From: Paramicrosporidium saccamoebae KSL3
Taxonomy: Eukaryota > Fungi > Cryptomycota
Direction of reading: 5' to 3'
Assembly: GCA_002794465.1 (NCBI GenBank)
Contig: MTSL01000213.1
Coordinates: 154,654-186,653 of the forward strand
DNA length: 32,000 bases
The translations under genes were made by a program, and so were the position numbers. Every line of letters starts with the position of its first letter. Positions within the stretch are counted from its first letter, which is position 1. Under the pieces are notes generated by a model. That model saw only the letters and a list, made by a program, of their open reading frames with translations, did no database searches and was not told the DNA's origin. This document shows, in pieces, positions 28,117 through 32,000 of the stretch.

Positions 28117-29883
28117 TTAGAGGGAGGAGCGGATGCGACCATCATAGTGGGGTCCACGGTGATGATGATGACAGCAGGGCTTGGGGGCCTCTTGACAGCA
28201 GGGCTTAGGGGGCTCGGGGCAGCATGGCTTAGGGAGCTCAGGGCAGCATGGCTTGGGCTCAGGGCAGCAGGGCTTGGGCTCCTCATAGCAGGGCTTGGGC
28301 TCTTCGCAATGGCAGGGCTTGTCGTCATGGCAGGGCTTGTCATGGGGGCTCTTGCAGCCATCGCAGCAGAGAACCTTGACGTTGCTGACGGCGGGGATGA
28401 ATTGCCATCTGGGACCACGTTGTTCAGCCTCAGCCTGGGCAAGGACAAGACCAGAATCCTGGGAACTCATGAAACGTTGGGGGAGGGAGTGGAGACCGAA
28501 GAAGAACTTGAACTCGGCGGGGAACTTGTCGTGGCAATACTTCTTGTGACCACAGATGCGGAAGATTTCGCGATCGTTCAACATGAGCTTGACGCTCTTG
28601 TCGGCGGCATCAACAATCATGGCAAGGTTGAACTGATGGCGAGGAGTGTCAGCAATGGGGAGGAGCTTGGGGCCTGGGGCACCGGGTCCCTTTCCGCCAA
28701 GAGCGCTCTTGGTGGGGGTGACTGGGTCAACGAGGAGATCCAAGAGATGGTAGTTGCTGTTGTCAATGTCAGTGGAATCCTGGATGGCCTGGGCCAAGAC
28801 GGTGGGGATGAGCCAGTCGTGGGATTCGTTGTGGTCAAAGTCGCTGCAGGGCACAAGACCATCATCAACAAGATAGATGCGACGACGGGCAGCCAGGAGG
28901 AGCACAGTGAAGCCAGAGTCGGGGTCAGTGATGGCATAGACGAAGAAGCCGCCAGATAGATCCCAGAAGGGGTTTCCTTGGGCGGGGCCGTCCTCCTTGT
29001 CGGCAACAATGGCGCTCTTGGGGTCCTCGCTGCTGCTGCTACTGCTGCTGCTGCGACGACGGCACTGGACGCGGGAACCAATGTTCTGGACATCGGCGGT
29101 GAAAGTCAGACTTCCACGGCTGGGCACGCGGTGGGAAGAGTTCTCCACCAACAGGTAGTTTCCGTCCAAGAAGGAGTCGGGACGATCAACAACTTCGTGG
29201 GTCTCGGCTCCCTCAGCGGCAGCGAGGATGGGGAAGTCACGTCCGAAACGGCCGGGGCGGATGACCAATTGATCTCTCCAGATCGAAACCTCACCCTCGT
29301 CCATCACGTGTCCACGGTAGCGGACATAGCTGAACTGGCACTTGGGGCCAATGGTGGGGAGACGGTCTCCACGGTAGTCGAAGAGCACGGGCTTGGGGCA
29401 TTCGCTGCATGGCGGCTCGGGCTTGCGACATGGGTGGTGCACCTTTGGTTGACGACGGCTGCACATGGTGTACAGACGCTTGTGGCAGCTGATTGGCACG
29501 TTGATGGAGCCACCGCCGGGGGCAGTTGCGGTGGACAGCACGAGGCAGGCACCACCGTAGTCATCAGTGTTCCATGAGCGCACCCAGGTCTCGCTGTGGG
29601 GTCCAGAGCAGCGGAAGGCAGTCAGGGCAGCCTCTTCAAAGTTGGCGCTGTTGATGTTGGCCAACACTCCGCCGTACTTGTGGCACAGCTCGTCAGAAGA
29701 GCCGAATGCCTCAGCACGGGCTACCACGAACAGGTCACCGTCCGGGTTGCCGCACAGGCGGTCACATGGTCCTTCACATTCGCCCTTGGGCTTGATCCAG
29801 CACCCACCAGCGGGGCACCATTCCTGGGACTCGGCGGTCACAGCGAGGAGGAGAGCAGCAAGACTCACAAGACGGAACAGCAT
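28117..29883 (-). CDS. Secreted Cys-rich protein: C-type-lectin-like module + unannotated beta-rich domain + Cys/Pro/Lys repeat tail (588 aa)
   Basis: Signal-like MLFRLVSLAALLLAVTA. C..YGGVLANINS..C..W.RSWN..Y..CLVL..C..LYTMC has C-type-lectin-like spacing. Central domain is homologous to the gene at 30601-31833. Tail KPCC(P/Q)E(P/L/A)P repeats, then HHHH. Confidence 0.8.
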   Translation of the reverse strand: MLFRLVSLAALLLAVTAESQEWCPAGGCWIKPKGECEGPCDRLCGNPDGDLFVVARAEAFGSSDELCHKYGGVLANINSANFEEAALTAFRCSGPHSETWVRSWNTDDYGGACLVLSTATAPGGGSINVPISCHKRLYTMCSRRQPKVHHPCRKPEPPCSECPKPVLFDYRGDRLPTIGPKCQFSYVRYRGHVMDEGEVSIWRDQLVIRPGRFGRDFPILAAAEGAETHEVVDRPDSFLDGNYLLVENSSHRVPSRGSLTFTADVQNIGSRVQCRRRSSSSSSSSEDPKSAIVADKEDGPAQGNPFWDLSGGFFVYAITDPDSGFTVLLLAARRRIYLVDDGLVPCSDFDHNESHDWLIPTVLAQAIQDSTDIDNSNYHLLDLLVDPVTPTKSALGGKGPGAPGPKLLPIADTPRHQFNLAMIVDAADKSVKLMLNDREIFRICGHKKYCHDKFPAEFKFFFGLHSLPQRFMSSQDSGLVLAQAEAEQRGPRWQFIPAVSNVKVLCCDGCKSPHDKPCHDDKPCHCEEPKPCYEEPKPCCPEPKPCCPELPKPCCPEPPKPCCQEAPKPCCHHHHRGPHYDGRIRSSL

Positions 29884-30231
29884 CTTTGTTTGTGTTCCCT
29901 CCCCCCATTCCTCCCCTTATATACTGTTGTCACCACATAAACATTGCCTTTTTGGGACTGTCCACAATGGGTAAATTAACTCTATATGCACCAATCGGGA
30001 GACGGCAAATAATGGCTTTTTTGTATTAACTGCCCGATGGAGCGTGGTGTGAGGGGGGTGTAAGGGTGGTATAGGGGGAGTGAGGGGTGGTGATTGGGGT
30101 GGCGTGAGTGATGTGGACGGGGAGATAATACTGCCATTTTTGTCGAGATCTGTTTACATGGGGATGGGTGCGAGTGAGAGGGTGAAAGAGGTTGTAAAGT
30201 GGAGCTTGCATATAATACATGACACTAATTG

Positions 30232-30545
30232 CTTGGTAGTTACTTGGTAGGTGTTTGGTTATCTAGTCTTGGTTATTTAGTTATTTGGTTATCTAATCGT
30301 GGTTATCTAGTCTTGGTTATATAGTTACTTGGCTATCTAGTCTTGGTTATTTGGCTATCTAGTTACTTGGTGGTTATTTACTCACTCATCCAATTGCCTC
30401 ACCCACCCATCCAATTACTTCACCCACCCATCTATCAATCTAATTACCTAGCCATCCAATTACTTTGCCCATTCAATTACTTCACCCATCCAATTACTTC
30501 ACTCATTCATCCAATCCATCCGACTAGGCCCCCTACTCACTCACT
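30232..30545. repeat. Two adjacent low-complexity arrays: (TTGGTTATCTAGT)-like then (CATCCAATTACTTCACC)-like
   Basis: G/T-rich degenerate units at ~30232-30375 and C/A-rich units at ~30385-30545. Confidence 0.7.
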
Positions 30546-30600
30546 CAACTTTTTGCAGAATGCCTTTTTATTAACTGCCTCTTGGAGAGATCAGTTTAAA

Positions 30601-31833
30601 TTACTTCTGGTCCCAACGTCCCAAGGGCCAGCGACGTCCCTCATCGGAGCAGAGCACTCTGATGTCGTCGATGGCGGGGCGGAACAAACATTGACACTCA
30701 ACCATCTGCTCAACAGGTCGGCTGAACACTCCGAAACTGAAGAAGGCTTGTTGTGGGAATGCTCCGCATTTGTAGTTCCAAATGTTTCGGTGTCCGCAGA
30801 TCCGGTAGATCTCATCGTCATTCAATCTGATGCTAACAGTTCTCTCACCAGCATCCAACACTACGGAAAGTGTCGTTCTGCCGATCGGCGTGTCAGCCAG
30901 ACGCACAATGTATGGTCGACGCAGCTGCGATTGCGATTTCTCGCCACTGGGGAAGAGCATTTCCATCAAATCATCTCTGCGTTCTCCATCAATGATTTCA
31001 ATCTTGTCCGAGTCATCCTTGGTCCAGCCGTCGCGAGTGCAGTTGCGGAATCCACTGTCGAACATGTAGATGCCGTCAACGCCGACAATAATGGGCAGAT
31101 TAAAGCGTCCCTTAGGATCAGTGACACTGAAGGTCATGAAACCACAGGCCAGGTCGGCAGGGAAGTCGGGGAGAACCTGGAAGTTGTTTACGGGCACCTT
31201 GTTCACATAGTGGGCCTTGACACCGGCGGTGGAGGTGCTGGAGGGGAGGGGGGCTCCGGAACTGGAAGTTGGGAGGATTTCAGAGGTGGGAGTAGGAGTT
31301 GATACTGCAAACCCAGTAGGGGTTACGGGGGTGGTTGTCTCTTCGGTAGTGGTTGTCTCTTCGGTGGTGGTTGTCTCTTCGGTGGTGGTTGTATCTTCGC
31401 TGGTGGTGGTGGTCGTCTCCACAGTTGTAGTTTCACTAAGGGGATCATCGGTGGTGGTGAAGCATGGTCCAATGTTCTCAAACTGGATCTGGTACGTCAT
31501 GGCACCACTGCATGGGATGGACTGCACAGCATTCTCCTCCAGGAAGTAAGTCACACCTCCTCCGATCAACGAAGGGTTTATGACCAGACTGCTGTTGATA
31601 ATCTCCGGAGTACCAATGTCCAACACGTTGGGACCGAAACGCACATAGCTGAAATCTTGGTTACGGCCAACGCGGGGCACGTTTCTTGCCGAATAGCGGA
31701 AGGGCATTGGGCTGGTGCATCCCTGACGAGGGTGTCGGCCCTCAATGTTTCCCGGGTCGCGGCAGCCGCACTCGCCATCACCTCGGGATCCAGAGACAAG
31801 TGTCAAATATGATAGTACTAATGCACGGATCAT
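30601..31833 (-). CDS. Secreted paralog of the 28117-29883 central domain, with a Thr-rich mucin-like insert (~410 aa from ATG 31833)
   Basis: Signal-like MIRALVLSYLTLVSG. Shares FSYVR, TDP, ADTP, LND.EI.RICGH and VLC.D motifs with the neighbour. EETTTT repeats at ~31330-31430. Confidence 0.8.
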   Translation of the reverse strand: MIRALVLSYLTLVSGSRGDGECGCRDPGNIEGRHPRQGCTSPMPFRYSARNVPRVGRNQDFSYVRFGPNVLDIGTPEIINSSLVINPSLIGGGVTYFLEENAVQSIPCSGAMTYQIQFENIGPCFTTTDDPLSETTTVETTTTTSEDTTTTEETTTTEETTTTEETTTPVTPTGFAVSTPTPTSEILPTSSSGAPLPSSTSTAGVKAHYVNKVPVNNFQVLPDFPADLACGFMTFSVTDPKGRFNLPIIVGVDGIYMFDSGFRNCTRDGWTKDDSDKIEIIDGERRDDLMEMLFPSGEKSQSQLRRPYIVRLADTPIGRTTLSVVLDAGERTVSIRLNDDEIYRICGHRNIWNYKCGAFPQQAFFSFGVFSRPVEQMVECQCLFRPAIDDIRVLCSDEGRRWPLGRWDQK

Positions 31834-32000
31834 TCTCAGTGCTGTTGATCCCCCTGGGTGCAGCGCTGAATTTATGGATTCCCAGACTGTTACTATTCTT
31901 AGACCCAAGTCACGCGTCTCTACCTACCATCTCTGATTGGACTATGAGTGACAACCAATGATCAAACGGGGGGGGGTAGTCTAGTGGGGGTGCTGTGCAC

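Noticed and set aside
28091-28140. Possible terminal 41-nt intron changing the C-terminus of the lectin-like protein
   Set aside because: Weak donor (GTCGCA), longer than the other introns, and the ORF already has a stop; no sequence evidence favours it.
30343-31302. 319-aa plus-strand ORF, and other long antisense ORFs (289-660, 7973-8437, 11897-12562, 21673-22227, 25899-26537, 28147-28959, 28978-29577)
   Set aside because: Shadows of well-supported opposite-strand genes or of low-complexity repeats, with no recognisable motifs.

Overview
Gene-dense eukaryotic window (no prokaryotic operon or CRISPR features) with ultra-short spliceosomal introns (11 inferred, 29-35 nt, two GC-AG) and intergenic gaps as small as 24-28 nt. 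This architecture plus intact mitochondrial translation genes suggests a compact Rozellomycota/early-microsporidian-like genome such as Paramicrosporidium (inference only, not determinable from the window). Conserved genes: FANCD2, U2A' (SNRPA1), NAD(P)H-hydrate epimerase, a sphingomyelin-synthase-family enzyme, TCTP, an HP1/Swi6-like protein, DBR1, xanthine dehydrogenase, mitochondrial EF-Tu, long-form tRNase Z, a pinin-domain protein, GatA, tRNA-Leu(UAA) and a multi-pass membrane protein. Interleaved are six signal-peptide genes, all on the minus strand. The most notable are (i) a tandem pair of secreted USP-family deubiquitinases with intact catalytic residues and a C-terminal ubiquitin-interacting motif, which are candidate host-directed effectors, and (ii) a tandem pair sharing an unannotated beta-rich domain, one fused to a C-type-lectin-like module and a Cys/Pro/Lys repeat tail, the other carrying a mucin-like insert. 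A family of 200-260 bp TG...CA elements, each with its own 4-bp target-site duplication (probable solo LTRs), occurs as three clear copies and one decayed copy, and its right end is also found as tandem arrays. All intron and start calls are from manual reading of the sequence; no database searches were run.
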